Shown piece after piece: positions 21,016 through 31,172 of a stretch of 64,000 nt of DNA. Source of the stretch: an uncultured Nitrososphaerota archaeon (GTDB taxonomy: Archaea > Thermoproteota > Nitrososphaeria > Nitrososphaerales > Gagatemarchaeaceae); assembly GCA_963703285.1 (NCBI GenBank), contig OY969807.1:1-64000 (forward strand), read 5' to 3'. Each line of letters opens with the position of its first letter. Position 1 is the stretch's first letter. The notes under the pieces were generated by a model that had not been told where the DNA came from, searched no databases, and saw only the letters and a list, made by a program, of their open reading frames with translations. Made by a program: the position numbers and the translations under genes.

Positions 21016-21543
21016 ATGAGCCAGACCGAGACCGTGGAGACCCCGATGCGGCGGATATCGGTCGGCAAGGTCGTCGTGAACATCGGTGTGGGCAAGTCGG
21101 GGGAGGCCGTCGAACGCGCAAGGCGGGTACTGGAGCAGATAACAGGCCAGAAGCCCAACTCGCGCAAGTCGAAGAAGTCGGTCAGGGAGTTCGGAATCCA
21201 CAAGGGGGAGCCAATCGGGCTCGTCGTGACGGTGAGGGGCGGCTCGACCGGGGACCTCATAACGCGACTTCTGGCGGCGCGGGAGAAGAAGCTGTCCGAG
21301 TCGAGCTTCGATGACAGGGGGAGCGTATCGTTCGGATTGAAGGAGCACATCGAGATTCCGGGGATAAGGTACGATCCGGAGATCGGGATCTGGGGGATGA
21401 ACGTCTCGGTGCTCCTCGAGAGGCCCGGCGCGAGGGTGTCTAGGCGCCTCCACAAGCCAGGGCGCATCGGGAAGGGACACGTGGTGACCAAGGCCGAAGC
21501 CATCGAGTACTTCAGGAGCAGGTTCGGGGTGGTACTTCAATGA
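21016..21543 (+). CDS. rpl5: 50S ribosomal protein uL5
   Basis: [25 protein letters not shown]. Confidence 0.95.
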   Translation: MSQTETVETPMRRISVGKVVVNIGVGKSGEAVERARRVLEQITGQKPNSRKSKKSVREFGIHKGEPIGLVVTVRGGSTGDLITRLLAAREKKLSESSFDDRGSVSFGLKEHIEIPGIRYDPEIGIWGMNVSVLLERPGARVSRRLHKPGRIGKGHVVTKAEAIEYFRSRFGVVLQ

Positions 21544-21701
21544 AGGAGAGGCATCCTAAGGTCCGAAAGTACGGCAAGTCGACCCGCTACTGCAGGCGCT
21601 GCGGGCAGTACGGGGCGGTGATACGGTCCTACGACCTCATCCTCTGCAGGCAGTGCTTCCGTGAGGTGGCCGAGAAGCTGGGCTTCAGGAAGTACGACTA
21701 G
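21540..21701 (+). CDS. rps14: 30S ribosomal protein uS14 (not in the ORF track)
   Basis: Manual translation [22 protein letters not shown]...[19 protein letters not shown]. Confidence 0.95.
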   Translation: MKERHPKVRKYGKSTRYCRRCGQYGAVIRSYDLILCRQCFREVAEKLGFRKYD

Positions 21702-21714
21702 GAGAGATGCAGAG

Positions 21715-22107
21715 ATGACAGTAACAAACATCCTCGCAAACCTCTTCGCCTCCCTGCAGAACGCCGAGATGAGGCGAAAGAAGGAGGCCGTGATCATACC
21801 AGCTTCGAAACTGGCCAGCGAGGTCATGCGCGTCCTGCAGAAGAAGCGGTACATCGGAGAGTTCGAGTTCGTCGACGACGGGGTCTCCGGGAAGCTCAGG
21901 GTCCAGCTCCTGGGGAGGATAAACAAGTGCGGTGCCATCAACCCGAGGTATCCCATCCGGGCGAAGGACTACACGAAGTGGGAGAGCCGCTATCTCCCCG
22001 CAGTCGGCGTGGGGATGCTGATCGTCTCAACGCCGGAGGGGGTCCTATCGCACGTGGAGGCCCAGGAGAAGAACGTTGGAGGGAGATTGCTTGGCTACGT
22101 CTACTAG
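21715..22107 (+). CDS. rps8: 30S ribosomal protein uS8
   Basis: GRINKCGAINPR, STPEG, GGRLLGYVY. Confidence 0.95.
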   Translation: MTVTNILANLFASLQNAEMRRKKEAVIIPASKLASEVMRVLQKKRYIGEFEFVDDGVSGKLRVQLLGRINKCGAINPRYPIRAKDYTKWESRYLPAVGVGMLIVSTPEGVLSHVEAQEKNVGGRLLGYVY

Positions 22108-22642
22108 GGAGCCAGAAGTCCACTCGGTGGGCCTAGCCGAAGGTGTAAGCGCCTCGGTCGACGGAAGAACCCTTACGGTCAAGGGGCCGCTCGGCGCCGT
22201 CAGCAAGAACCTCCACAAGATTCACGTGAACGTCGGCGTGGACTCGGGGACGATCAGGATAACGTCATTCTCCGGAAAGAAGCAGGACGTGGTCTCGTCC
22301 AACACGGTCTCCTCCATCGTGAGGAACATGGTGACGGGGGTGACGGAGGGGTACCTCTACAGGCTGAAGGTGGTGTTCGCGCACTTCCCAGTGACCGTGA
22401 AGGTCAAGGGGGATTCCGTCATCGTGGAGAACTTCATGGGCGAAAGGTCGGCGAGGACGACGAAGATAATCGGCGACTGCAGGGTGACGGTCGAGGGAGA
22501 CGATATTATTATTAAGGGAGTGTCGCTCGAGGACGTTGGACAGACTTCTGCTAATCTAGAACAGGCCACCAAGATCAAGCGCAAGGACCAGAGGATCTTC
22601 TTGGATGGCATCTACGTCTACGAGAAGAAGAAAGGCTGGTAA
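22091..22642 (+). CDS. rpl6: 50S ribosomal protein uL6
   Basis: VKGPLG, AHFPV, KDQRIFLDGIY; TTG start assumed. Confidence 0.93.
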   Translation: MATSTREPEVHSVGLAEGVSASVDGRTLTVKGPLGAVSKNLHKIHVNVGVDSGTIRITSFSGKKQDVVSSNTVSSIVRNMVTGVTEGYLYRLKVVFAHFPVTVKVKGDSVIVENFMGERSARTTKIIGDCRVTVEGDDIIIKGVSLEDVGQTSANLEQATKIKRKDQRIFLDGIYVYEKKKGW

Positions 22643-22645
22643 GAA

Positions 22646-23086
22646 ATGGCCAAGAAATCCGCCAAGAAGATGGAATCCGACACCCCGCAGCTCGAAAAAC
22701 TGCTTGAGCTGAGAAGGACCATAGCGGAGCATAGGCCGGAGTTCGTCAGACCAGAGAGCTGGAGGTACGTCAGGCTCCACCCGGAGTGGCGGAAGCCCAA
22801 GGGGCTGGACAACAAGGTCAGGAAGTCGATAAAGGGATGGCCGAGGCGGGTCAAGGTCGGGTACGGTGGGCCCCACCAGGTCAGGGGTTACCATTCGAGC
22901 GGCCACACCGAGGTCCTCGTGCATAATCCCCACGACCTGATGAAGGTCGTCCCCGAGAAGGACGTAGTCAGGATAGGGAGGACCGTGGGCTCCAGGAAGC
23001 GGAACGAGATAATCAAGAGAGCGTCCGAGCTCGGGCTGAGAGTTGTGAACCCACAGAGGTTGAGAGTAATTGAATCTTCGAAGTAA
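22646..23086 (+). CDS. rpl32e: 50S ribosomal protein eL32
   Basis: WRKPKGLDNKVR, KVGYG. Confidence 0.95.
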   Translation: MAKKSAKKMESDTPQLEKLLELRRTIAEHRPEFVRPESWRYVRLHPEWRKPKGLDNKVRKSIKGWPRRVKVGYGGPHQVRGYHSSGHTEVLVHNPHDLMKVVPEKDVVRIGRTVGSRKRNEIIKRASELGLRVVNPQRLRVIESSK

Positions 23087-23501
23087 GAGAAGGCTGGCTG
23101 CGGACGTCCTGGGCGTCGGGAAGGACAGGATAATCTTCGACCCCGAGGCTCAGGACCTGATACAGGACGCGATAACAAGGAGCACCATCCGCGGCCTCGC
23201 GGGGATGGGCGGGATCAAGGTCGCCCCCGTCCAGGGCGTCTCACGGGGAAGGGCCAGGATGAAGCACAGGAAGGGCAAGTCCCGCGGGCAGGGCTCCTTC
23301 AGGGGCGCCAAGACGGCAAGGACGACGAGGAAGGCGGCGTGGGTCCTGAAGGTCAGGGCGCTGAGGTGGCGGCTGAAGGTCTCCCTCGACAGGAACGAGA
23401 TAAGCAAGGACCAGTACAGAAAGCTCTACAGGCAGGTAAAAGGCGGCCAGGTGCGGGGCGTCAAGCACCTCATGGAGATAATGAAGGAGTCGCGAAGGTA
23501 G
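23070..23501 (+). CDS. rpl19e: 50S ribosomal protein eL19
   Basis: KRRLAADVLGVG, AITR, KGG. Confidence 0.95.
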   Translation: MNLRSKRRLAADVLGVGKDRIIFDPEAQDLIQDAITRSTIRGLAGMGGIKVAPVQGVSRGRARMKHRKGKSRGQGSFRGAKTARTTRKAAWVLKVRALRWRLKVSLDRNEISKDQYRKLYRQVKGGQVRGVKHLMEIMKESRR

Positions 23502-23503
23502 CC

Positions 23504-24079
23504 ATGAAGACGCACGTCCCGATGTACCGGAGGCGGAGGTCCGGCGCGACGAACTACAACTCGAGGAGGAAGGCCATCTCGTCCAGGGGCACCCTCCTGG
23601 CCGTCAGGATCTCCAGCAAGAACGTCAGCGCGCAGTTCCTCAAGCCGACCGTGACGGGCGACCTAGTGCTCGCGTCGGCCCATTCTCACGCCCTCCGGAA
23701 GCTCGGCTGGGCGGGCTCGCTCAAGTCCGTGCCGGCCTGCTACCTGCTCGGGCTCTGGGCCGGGAAGAACGCCAAGGGGAAGGGCATCGAGAGCGCGTAC
23801 CTCTACAACGGGGTCTCCCCCTTCGTCAAGGGCTCGAGGATCTCGGCCTTCGTCAAGGGCGTGATCGACGGCGGAGTGGAGGTCCCGTTCGCGGAAGAGG
23901 CCATGCCCTCCGAGGACCGGCTGAAGGGCGAGAACATTGCCAAGTATGCGACCGAGCTCGCCAAGGACAAGGAGGCTTACGACAGGCGCTTCTCGGCGTT
24001 GCTCAAGCACGGCTTCAGGCCGGAGGATTACGCTAAGAACTACGAGCGGACCAAGGAGACGATAGTGGGGTCCAATTGA
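23504..24079 (+). CDS. rpl18: 50S ribosomal protein uL18
   Basis: RRRRSGATNY, ACYLLGL, KGVIDGG. Confidence 0.93.
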   Translation: MKTHVPMYRRRRSGATNYNSRRKAISSRGTLLAVRISSKNVSAQFLKPTVTGDLVLASAHSHALRKLGWAGSLKSVPACYLLGLWAGKNAKGKGIESAYLYNGVSPFVKGSRISAFVKGVIDGGVEVPFAEEAMPSEDRLKGENIAKYATELAKDKEAYDRRFSALLKHGFRPEDYAKNYERTKETIVGSN

Positions 24080-24705
24080 TGTCCCAGCGCAGAAGGAGAG
24101 AGGAGAGGGAAGAGGCCCCCTGGGTCCCTCGCACCAAGCTCGGCAAGATGGTCCAGGAAGGCAAGATGACCTCCCTGGACGAGATATTCCAGCTCGGGTT
24201 GAAGCTCAGGGAGCCCGAGATTGTGAAGACTCTCGTCCCGGATCTCAAGTCCGAGGTCGTCAGCGTCGGCATAGTCCAGAAGCAGACCGACGCGGGGGAG
24301 CTGACCCGCTTCGGCGCCGTCGTAGCCGTCGGGAACGGGAACGGCTTCTTCGGGGTCGGGAAGGGGAAGGCCGCCCAGATGAAATCCGCCATAGACAAGG
24401 CGACGAACGACGCCCTCCTCAACGTCATCCCAGTCCAGATTGGCTGCGGCAGCTGGGAGTGCAGATGCGGGACCAGGCACTCTGTGCCCTACAGGATAGT
24501 CGGGAAGGCCGGGTCGGTACGGGTCGAGCTGCTACCCGCGCCAAGGTCGCTCGGGACGGTCGCGGGACCCGCCCTGGCGAGCCTCCTGGCCCTGGCCGGA
24601 ATCAAGGACGTGTGGGCGAGGACGTTCGGGTCGACGGACACGCTCTCGTCCCTCGCCAACGCGGTCTACGACGCGTTCTCCAAGTCAAGAGGCTTGAACG
24701 TGTGA
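24079..24705 (+). CDS. rps5: 30S ribosomal protein uS5
   Basis: WVPRTKLG, QKQTDAG, GCGSWEC. Confidence 0.95.
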   Translation: MSQRRRREEREEAPWVPRTKLGKMVQEGKMTSLDEIFQLGLKLREPEIVKTLVPDLKSEVVSVGIVQKQTDAGELTRFGAVVAVGNGNGFFGVGKGKAAQMKSAIDKATNDALLNVIPVQIGCGSWECRCGTRHSVPYRIVGKAGSVRVELLPAPRSLGTVAGPALASLLALAGIKDVWARTFGSTDTLSSLANAVYDAFSKSRGLNV

Positions 24706-24719
24706 GGAGAAGATAGAGA

Positions 24720-25184
24720 TTGACCAGCCTCCTAGTCGTCAACCTTCACGGCCTGATAAACACCCCATCCGAGGCCAGGACCACCCTCATCGAATTGGGA
24801 ATCGGCAAGAGGTTCGCGGCGACCGTCGTAGTCGAAGACGCCTCCACGATCGGCGCCCTTCGTCTGTGCCAGGAATACGTGGCCTGGAGCAAGGTCGAAC
24901 CCGAGTTCCTGGCGTCGCTTCTCGAGGCGAAGGGGAGGGTGAGCAACTCGAGGACGCTGGACGACGCCTCGCTAAAGTCGATGGGGTTCAAGGACTTCTC
25001 GGACCTCGCCACGAGGATAATCAAGGACGGGTCGACTCTCTCCGACGTGCAAGGGATGAAGCCCTACATCGGGCTCTCGCCGCCCCGAGGCGGCTTCAAG
25101 AGGTCCTCGAGGCGCCAATTCAGGCAGGGAGGCGTGCTCGGCGAGAATCCGACTCTCCCCGACCTGGTCCGGAGGATGATGTAG
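24720..25184 (+). CDS. rpl30: 50S ribosomal protein uL30
   Basis: LSPPRGGF, LVRRMM; operon position. Confidence 0.9.
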   Translation: MTSLLVVNLHGLINTPSEARTTLIELGIGKRFAATVVVEDASTIGALRLCQEYVAWSKVEPEFLASLLEAKGRVSNSRTLDDASLKSMGFKDFSDLATRIIKDGSTLSDVQGMKPYIGLSPPRGGFKRSSRRQFRQGGVLGENPTLPDLVRRMM

Positions 25185-25185
25185 G

Positions 25186-25593
25186 ATGCCGACGAGGCTC
25201 CGCAAGACGAGGCGGATGAGAGGCTCCAGGACGATGGGTTACGGTCAGGTGGGCCAGCACAGGCACTCGGGCAAGCAGGGGGGCCACGGTGCGGCCGGAC
25301 TCCACAAGCACAAGTGGTCCTGGATGACGATCAACGACCCCGACCACTACGGCAGGGACCCGTTCTTCATCCCGGGCGCTCACAAGGCGGAGAAGTGGCT
25401 GAACGTGGGGGACCTGGAGGGCTTGGCCGAGCAAGGTTCTGACGGGCCGATCTCACTGGACCTGGCATCGATGGGCGTGGAGAAGCTGCTGGGCTCCGGG
25501 AGCGTGAAGCGGGCCTTCAACGTGAAGGTCCTGTCTTTCACCGAGAGGGCCAAGACGAAACTTGAAAAAGCCGGTGGTACGATAGTACCCTAG
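25186..25593 (+). CDS. rpl15: 50S ribosomal protein uL15
   Basis: RGSRTMGYG, KLLGSG, KLEKAGG. Confidence 0.95.
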   Translation: MPTRLRKTRRMRGSRTMGYGQVGQHRHSGKQGGHGAAGLHKHKWSWMTINDPDHYGRDPFFIPGAHKAEKWLNVGDLEGLAEQGSDGPISLDLASMGVEKLLGSGSVKRAFNVKVLSFTERAKTKLEKAGGTIVP

Positions 25594-25606
25594 ACCGGAG
25601 TTCACA

Positions 25607-27022
25607 ATGGCTTCGATGAGAGACTTCGTCAAGAGCGTGGCGACCATCCTGCCAGAGGTCCCGAAGCCCAAGGCGAAGCCCGGACTCTCAGAGAAGTTCG
25701 TCTGGACGGCCCTCGCCCTCGTCCTCTACCTCACGATGGCGATAACCCCCCTCTACGACTACGGGGCTAGGCAGGACCAATTCGCATACCTCAGGATAAT
25801 CTTCGCGTCCAGCCAGGGCACCCTCATGGAGCTCGGGATAGGCCCGATCGTGACGGCGGGGCTCATCCTGCAGCTGCTCCAGGGAAGCGACCTGCTCAAG
25901 CTCGACCTCGGAAACCCGGACGACAGGGCCATCTTCGGGTCCGCCACGAAGATCCTGACCTTCGTCGTGATTGCGGTGGAAGCCGGGGCCTACATCCTAG
26001 GCGGCGCCCTGGGCGCGCTGGGAAGCAACCAGGCCATAGTGATATTCTTCCAGCTCCTCTTCGCGAGCATAGTGGTCCTCCTGCTCGACGAGATGATACA
26101 GAAGGGATGGGGGATAGGCAGCGGCATCAGCCTCTTCATCCTGGGCGGAGTCGCGCAGACCTTCATGTGGTATACCTTCTCACCGGAATTGGCCGCGCTC
26201 ACGAATGCCACCAACGGCCCTACGGCGATCTTCGGGTTCGTACCCGCATTCATCAGCGCCGCGTTCTCCAACACCCTCTCGTCGATCGTTCTACGGCCGA
26301 ACAACTTCCCTGACCTGGTCACGTTCGTGCTCAGCATCGCCGTGATACTGTTCATCATCTACATCGAAGGCATGAGGGTCGAGGTCCCCATCACCTCGGT
26401 CAAGTACAAGGGCTTCCAGGGTGTCTACCCCATCAAGCTGCTCTACGTCTCCAACATCCCCGTCATCCTGGTCTCGGCGCTCACGGCGAACGTCGCCTTC
26501 GTCGCCCGGCTGCTGTACAACGACGCGGGCAACGCGTCCTGGGTCCACTTCATAGTATCCGGCTACGACACTAGCGGAAACCCGACCGGCGGCCTAGTTT
26601 ACTACATTTCCTCGCCCAACGGCCTGGCTGCCACGGCTGCGGACCCCCTCAGGGCCGTGATCTTCGTCGCCTTCCTCACCACCTTCGCTCTCATCTTCGC
26701 AAGGATTTGGGTCGAGATAGGGGGGCTCTCCTCCAGGGCGGTCGCGAAGAACCTGATGAACGCCGACGTGCAGGTGCCCGGGTTCCGGCGTTCGGGACTC
26801 TCGCTCGAACAGGTGCTCAACCGCTACATCCCGCCCATCACCATAATCGGAGGTCTGATCATAGGGCTGGTGGCCTCGATTTCGGACTGCTTCGGCGTCT
26901 TCGGGACGGGGATAGGCCTCCTGCTGATGGTTGACATCATACTGCAGTACTACCAGATGCTCGTCAAGGAACAGCTCGAGGAGTTCTCGCCGAGGCTGGC
27001 CGGGGTACTAGGGCAGACCTGA
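25607..27022 (+). CDS. secY: Preprotein translocase subunit SecY
   Basis: GTLMELGIGPIVTA, GIGSGISLFI, YVSNIP, GTGIGLLL. Confidence 0.97.
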   Translation: MASMRDFVKSVATILPEVPKPKAKPGLSEKFVWTALALVLYLTMAITPLYDYGARQDQFAYLRIIFASSQGTLMELGIGPIVTAGLILQLLQGSDLLKLDLGNPDDRAIFGSATKILTFVVIAVEAGAYILGGALGALGSNQAIVIFFQLLFASIVVLLLDEMIQKGWGIGSGISLFILGGVAQTFMWYTFSPELAALTNATNGPTAIFGFVPAFISAAFSNTLSSIVLRPNNFPDLVTFVLSIAVILFIIYIEGMRVEVPITSVKYKGFQGVYPIKLLYVSNIPVILVSALTANVAFVARLLYNDAGNASWVHFIVSGYDTSGNPTGGLVYYISSPNGLAATAADPLRAVIFVAFLTTFALIFARIWVEIGGLSSRAVAKNLMNADVQVPGFRRSGLSLEQVLNRYIPPITIIGGLIIGLVASISDCFGVFGTGIGLLLMVDIILQYYQMLVKEQLEEFSPRLAGVLGQT

Positions 27023-27027
27023 TCGCC

Positions 27028-27600
27028 ATGGGTCTGAGGATAGTCGTCGTCGGGATTGCGGGCGTAGGCAAGTCCACGGTCGTCGAGAAGACCGTCGGCT
27101 CGATAGAGGGAGCGTCTCTCGAGGTCTTCGGTACGGTCATGTTTGAGGCCGCGAGGCGCCTGCGGTGGGTGAAGCACAGAGACGAGATGAGGAAGCTCCC
27201 CGTCGAGAAACAGAGGCGCCTGCAGAAGATTGCCGCCCTGAAGATCAGCCGGGGGAGGGGCAGGGTCGTCTTCGTCGACACGCACCTCTTCATAAGGACC
27301 CCCGAGGGTTTCTGGCCGGGCCTCCCGCTGGCTGTGATCCAGGCCCTGAAGCCGACCCACCTGCTGCTCATCGAGGCGAGACCGGAGGAGATTCTCTCGA
27401 GGCGGGAGAACGACAAGACCCGCTACAGGGACAAGGTGACCAACGAGGAGGTCTCGGCCGAGCTAACGCTCGCGAGGACCTTTCTCTCGGCGGCCTCTCT
27501 GGTCAGCGGGGCGCCCATATCCTTCATCCAGAACGGCGAAGGCAAAGCTGATGAGGCGGCGGAAGAGATACGGCGGCTCGTGAGGAGCGCGACAGTATGA
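27028..27600 (+). CDS. adkA: Archaeal adenylate kinase
   Basis: GIAGVGKST, RDEMRKL, VDTH, GFWPGLP. Confidence 0.93.
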   Translation: MGLRIVVVGIAGVGKSTVVEKTVGSIEGASLEVFGTVMFEAARRLRWVKHRDEMRKLPVEKQRRLQKIAALKISRGRGRVVFVDTHLFIRTPEGFWPGLPLAVIQALKPTHLLLIEARPEEILSRRENDKTRYRDKVTNEEVSAELTLARTFLSAASLVSGAPISFIQNGEGKADEAAEEIRRLVRSATV

Positions 27601-28106
27601 GCGGCGGCATACAGCCCCCCGAGGCCACCCTGATAGTATCACTCACGGCCATAGCTCTCGGCCTCATGTCCAACGTCGCGACGCGCTTCCTCGTGGACCT
27701 CAAGAGGGAGAAGAGGCTGCGGACGGAGACCCAAGCCTTCGACAAGGAGCTCCGTGAGGCCATACAGAAGAAGGACAAGGCAAAGGAGGACAAGCTCAAG
27801 AAGCTGAAGCCGCAGATGGACCAGATGAAGCTCAAGGCCTCGACGGGCCGCTTCAAAGTGCTCATCGTCACGTGGGTGCCCTTCATCATCGTGTACTACT
27901 TCATGGGCGACATAGTGAGCGGCTGCAAGTTCCCGAGCATTTGCATATCCCAAGTCGTGGCGAAATCTCCCATTCCGATACCGTTGATCGTCGGTTGGAA
28001 TGCTACACTGGGTTATGGGACGATGGTCCTCATCTGGTGGTACTTCCTCTCCTCGCTCACCTTCGGCACGCTCCTCAGCAAGCTCCTAGGCACATCCCCC
28101 ACGTGA
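27597..28106 (+). CDS. DUF106 / EMC3-TMCO1 family membrane insertase
   Basis: TM-coiled coil-TM layout, WWYFLSS; conserved position after adk. Confidence 0.85.
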   Translation: MSGGIQPPEATLIVSLTAIALGLMSNVATRFLVDLKREKRLRTETQAFDKELREAIQKKDKAKEDKLKKLKPQMDQMKLKASTGRFKVLIVTWVPFIIVYYFMGDIVSGCKFPSICISQVVAKSPIPIPLIVGWNATLGYGTMVLIWWYFLSSLTFGTLLSKLLGTSPT

Positions 28107-28112
28107 TGAATC

Positions 28113-28673
28113 GTGGAGGCTATCATAGTCTGCGGCATGCCAGCGGTGGGCAAGACGACCGTCGCCAGCCTGATAGCGTCCAGGCTCAACGTGCCCTTGG
28201 TGGGGGGCGGGGACATTCTCAAGGAGATAGCGCTCGAGCAGGGCTACCACGCCTCCGGTGACGACTGGTGGGACACCGAAGAGGGGATGAAGTTCCTCGA
28301 GAAGCGCAAAGGGTCCTCGAAGTTCGACAAGGAGGTCGACGCCCGACTCCTGAAGAAGGTGGAGAAGGGGAACGTCGTCATAACCAGCTACACCGTGCCG
28401 TGGCTCGCCAAGAGGGGCGTCAAGGTCTGGCTCTCGGGCACCCCCTCGAGCAGGTCAATCAGGATGGCTAGGAGGGACTCGACCACACCCGAGGAGTCTC
28501 TGAAGATTATCGTAAGGAGGGACGAGGAGAACTACCTGCTCTACAAGAAGCTCTACAGGATCGAGTTCGGGAGGGACCTCTCGCCGTTCCAGCTGGTGGT
28601 CGGAACCGACGGGATTGCGGCGGATAAGGTCGCCAAGGAGATACTGGACTACATCTCAGCGATAGCCTCTTGA
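28113..28673 (+). CDS. cmk: Cytidylate kinase
   Basis: GMPAVGKTT, FDKEVD, YKKLY. Confidence 0.85.
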   Translation: MEAIIVCGMPAVGKTTVASLIASRLNVPLVGGGDILKEIALEQGYHASGDDWWDTEEGMKFLEKRKGSSKFDKEVDARLLKKVEKGNVVITSYTVPWLAKRGVKVWLSGTPSSRSIRMARRDSTTPEESLKIIVRRDEENYLLYKKLYRIEFGRDLSPFQLVVGTDGIAADKVAKEILDYISAIAS

Positions 28674-29683
28674 CAGAGCAGCAACTGATCAGGGTAGCCG
28701 AGGAGCAGACCGACCCCAGGCACGGCTACGAACCGTCGAAGAGACCCATCGCCCTCTACCTGAACAACGGGCTCATCCCGCTCGACAAGACCAGGGGGCC
28801 GACCAGCCACGAGGTCGTGGCGTGGGTGAGGAGGTTGATGGGGATAGAGAAGGCCGGGCACAGCGGGACGCTCGACCCAGGCGTCTCGGGCGTCCTCCCC
28901 ATCGGGCTGGGACAGGCGACGAAGGCTCTCTCGCTCCTCCTGCTCTTCCCGAAGGAGTACATGGCCGTGATGAGGATCCATTCCTCCGTGCCCCGCGAAG
29001 AGGTCGACCGCGTCCTCCGGGAGTTCACCGACGAGATATTCCAGAAGCCGCCGCAGCGGTCATCGGTTAAACGGCAGGTCAGGAGCAGGCGGATCTACGA
29101 GATGGAGGTTCTCGAGCAGGACGGCAACCTCTACCTCCTCCGCGTCCTCTGCCAGTCCGGGACCTACATCAGGAAGCTCATCTACGACGTCGGGGAGGTT
29201 CTGGCGGTCGGCGCGACGATGGTGGAGCTCCGCCGCACCAAGGTCGGCCCGCTCACGGAGGAGGCAGGCCTGGTCTCGCTCTACGACCTCTTCGACGCCG
29301 TCAGCAGGCTCAAGGCCGGCGACGAGTCCAGGATAAGGGCTCTCGTTATGCCGGTCGAGAACGCCATCTCGGGCGTAAAGAGGGTCGTCATCAAGGACGC
29401 GGCCGTAGATGCCGTGTGCCACGGAGCTATGCTCGCGGTCCCTGGTATCCTCTCGCTCTCACCCGGCATCGAGAAGGGGGAGACGGTCGTCCTCCTCTCG
29501 GCAAAGGGTGAGTTCGTCGCCATAGCCACTGCCAAGATGAGCACCGAAGAGATACAGGGCGTGAAGAAGGGCATCGCCTTCCCGGTCAAGCGCGTCGTCA
29601 TGGACCAAGGCACCTACCCGAAGATGTGGAAGAAAGCCTCTGAGCACAAGGAAGCCGAGTCCGAGGAGTCGGAGGACTTCTGA
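28670..29683 (+). CDS. cbf5: RNA-guided pseudouridine synthase Cbf5
   Basis: GPTSHEV, GHSGTLDP, GTYIRKL, PUA domain. Confidence 0.95.
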   Translation: MTEQQLIRVAEEQTDPRHGYEPSKRPIALYLNNGLIPLDKTRGPTSHEVVAWVRRLMGIEKAGHSGTLDPGVSGVLPIGLGQATKALSLLLLFPKEYMAVMRIHSSVPREEVDRVLREFTDEIFQKPPQRSSVKRQVRSRRIYEMEVLEQDGNLYLLRVLCQSGTYIRKLIYDVGEVLAVGATMVELRRTKVGPLTEEAGLVSLYDLFDAVSRLKAGDESRIRALVMPVENAISGVKRVVIKDAAVDAVCHGAMLAVPGILSLSPGIEKGETVVLLSAKGEFVAIATAKMSTEEIQGVKKGIAFPVKRVVMDQGTYPKMWKKASEHKEAESEESEDF

Positions 29684-29912
29684 CGTTGGACCCCGGGTCA
29701 GGCTGACAGAGCCGGAATCGATTGTGAATGAACTGCGACAGCTCAAGGAGAATCGTCTTCTGGTGATGCCACGTCGGGATTCAGGGAAGCGCGCCGCCCA
29801 TGGCTAGCGGGTGCGTGTTTGGAGCAGGCATCCCAGATTCAGTACATAGCGAACTTTTCTGACCGTGGACCATAGAAATCTCATGCACGAGCGGTGAAAT
29901 TCACTGGCCTGA

Positions 29913-30473
29913 TCATGGAAAGCCAGAGGTCTGCCACATAGACACGGTCACGCTGTCTGGCCACCGTTGGTTCGACGCATTATAGTTCTGAGACACGGAG
30001 AAGTTGAACTGAAACTCCGCTGAACCGTTCGGGGGAACCTGGCACCCTTGGGCACTGAGGCTCGGTCCAGACTCATAGGCACAGTTGGGGATTGAAGTGA
30101 AGTTCACGTACCGGGCTGCGGACGAGTAGACGAGGAATGCCACACCGACGCCACCCACATATGCCCCCGACTTGACTCCCTGAAAAGTGGCGGTTACCGT
30201 CACCGTACCGGAGTCCCCTCCTACGATGTAGATAGGACAGACCGCAGTGAGCTGGGTCGTCTGGCATATGGTGGGTCCGTTCGACCCTACTTGGGCCTTG
30301 GCGCCTTGGATTGATAGTGTCGGATAAGGCCCGCAGCCGACCAGCGGAGGGCAAAAATATTGCCCGACGTAGCTAGGAAGTATTGCTACGCCTGCAATCA
30401 CGACAATTCCGACCGCCACCACGGCTAGAACTATCCGCTTTCTTCGGTTCGGATGGGGTTGGCCTTCGCTCAT
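29913..30473 (-). CDS. Hypothetical membrane-anchored/secreted protein
   Basis: N-terminal TM helix, several Cys, atypical codon usage. Confidence 0.6.
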   Translation of the reverse strand: MSEGQPHPNRRKRIVLAVVAVGIVVIAGVAILPSYVGQYFCPPLVGCGPYPTLSIQGAKAQVGSNGPTICQTTQLTAVCPIYIVGGDSGTVTVTATFQGVKSGAYVGGVGVAFLVYSSAARYVNFTSIPNCAYESGPSLSAQGCQVPPNGSAEFQFNFSVSQNYNASNQRWPDSVTVSMWQTSGFP

Positions 30474-30617
30474 GAATGATCGATCTGTGGACGCCTTCGC
30501 AGATTTAACCCTGCTGTGACCGAACGGTGTTCATTGACTTCGGCTTCTCTGATTCACCGTCACAAAAGTTCGCTATGCACTCAGATTGAGTGAGGTGCTG
30601 AAACGGGCACCAGATGC

Positions 30618-31097
30618 TCATGGACTTTGGTTGTTCGGATTGGCTGCCATCCGCTTCGAGTAATCTTCCTCGAGCACGCGGATGAACGTCCTCATTTCTG
30701 CCGCGAACACCCGTCTTACGAACGGCTTCACGAGAGGGGAGAAAGCCTTCGTAAGGAACCCCAGGGGCTCGACCCTGCTGTGGTACGAAAGGACCGTCGT
30801 GCCGTCCTCTTCCCGTCGAAGGTTGTATTCGGACCTTGCACGCGCATCCTTGCCCTCATACTCAGCGGTCCACCTGTCCGGTCTCTCCAGCGCTACCCTG
30901 ACGTCGAAGGTCATCCTCTTGAGGTACATCTCCTCCTCGTCGCGGAGCAGGATCAGTTGCGGCGTCCTTGAGATTACGCTCCTCTTCCTGAGCGGTTTCA
31001 CAAGACCGCTGTCCTCGGGCGAGAGGTCGGTCCACCAGTCAAACACAAACTCCTTGTCGGCCCTGATGCTTCTAGTAAGCGATATCTCGAAAGCCAT
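30618..31097 (-). CDS. SRPBCC (START-like) family protein
   Basis: RSIRADKEFVFDWWTD N-terminus and amphipathic C-terminal helix. Confidence 0.65.
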   Translation of the reverse strand: MAFEISLTRSIRADKEFVFDWWTDLSPEDSGLVKPLRKRSVISRTPQLILLRDEEEMYLKRMTFDVRVALERPDRWTAEYEGKDARARSEYNLRREEDGTTVLSYHSRVEPLGFLTKAFSPLVKPFVRRVFAAEMRTFIRVLEEDYSKRMAANPNNQSP

Positions 31098-31172
31098 AAC
31101 CTATTCAGAGCGGGCTACGTGAAGGCGGTATTGAGCGTTCCCCATAAAAGGTAGGGCAACTACACGTGATAC

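Noticed and set aside
28670-29683. Crenarchaeal-type intron in cbf5
   Set aside because: The reading frame is continuous through GPTSHEV and GHSGTLDP.
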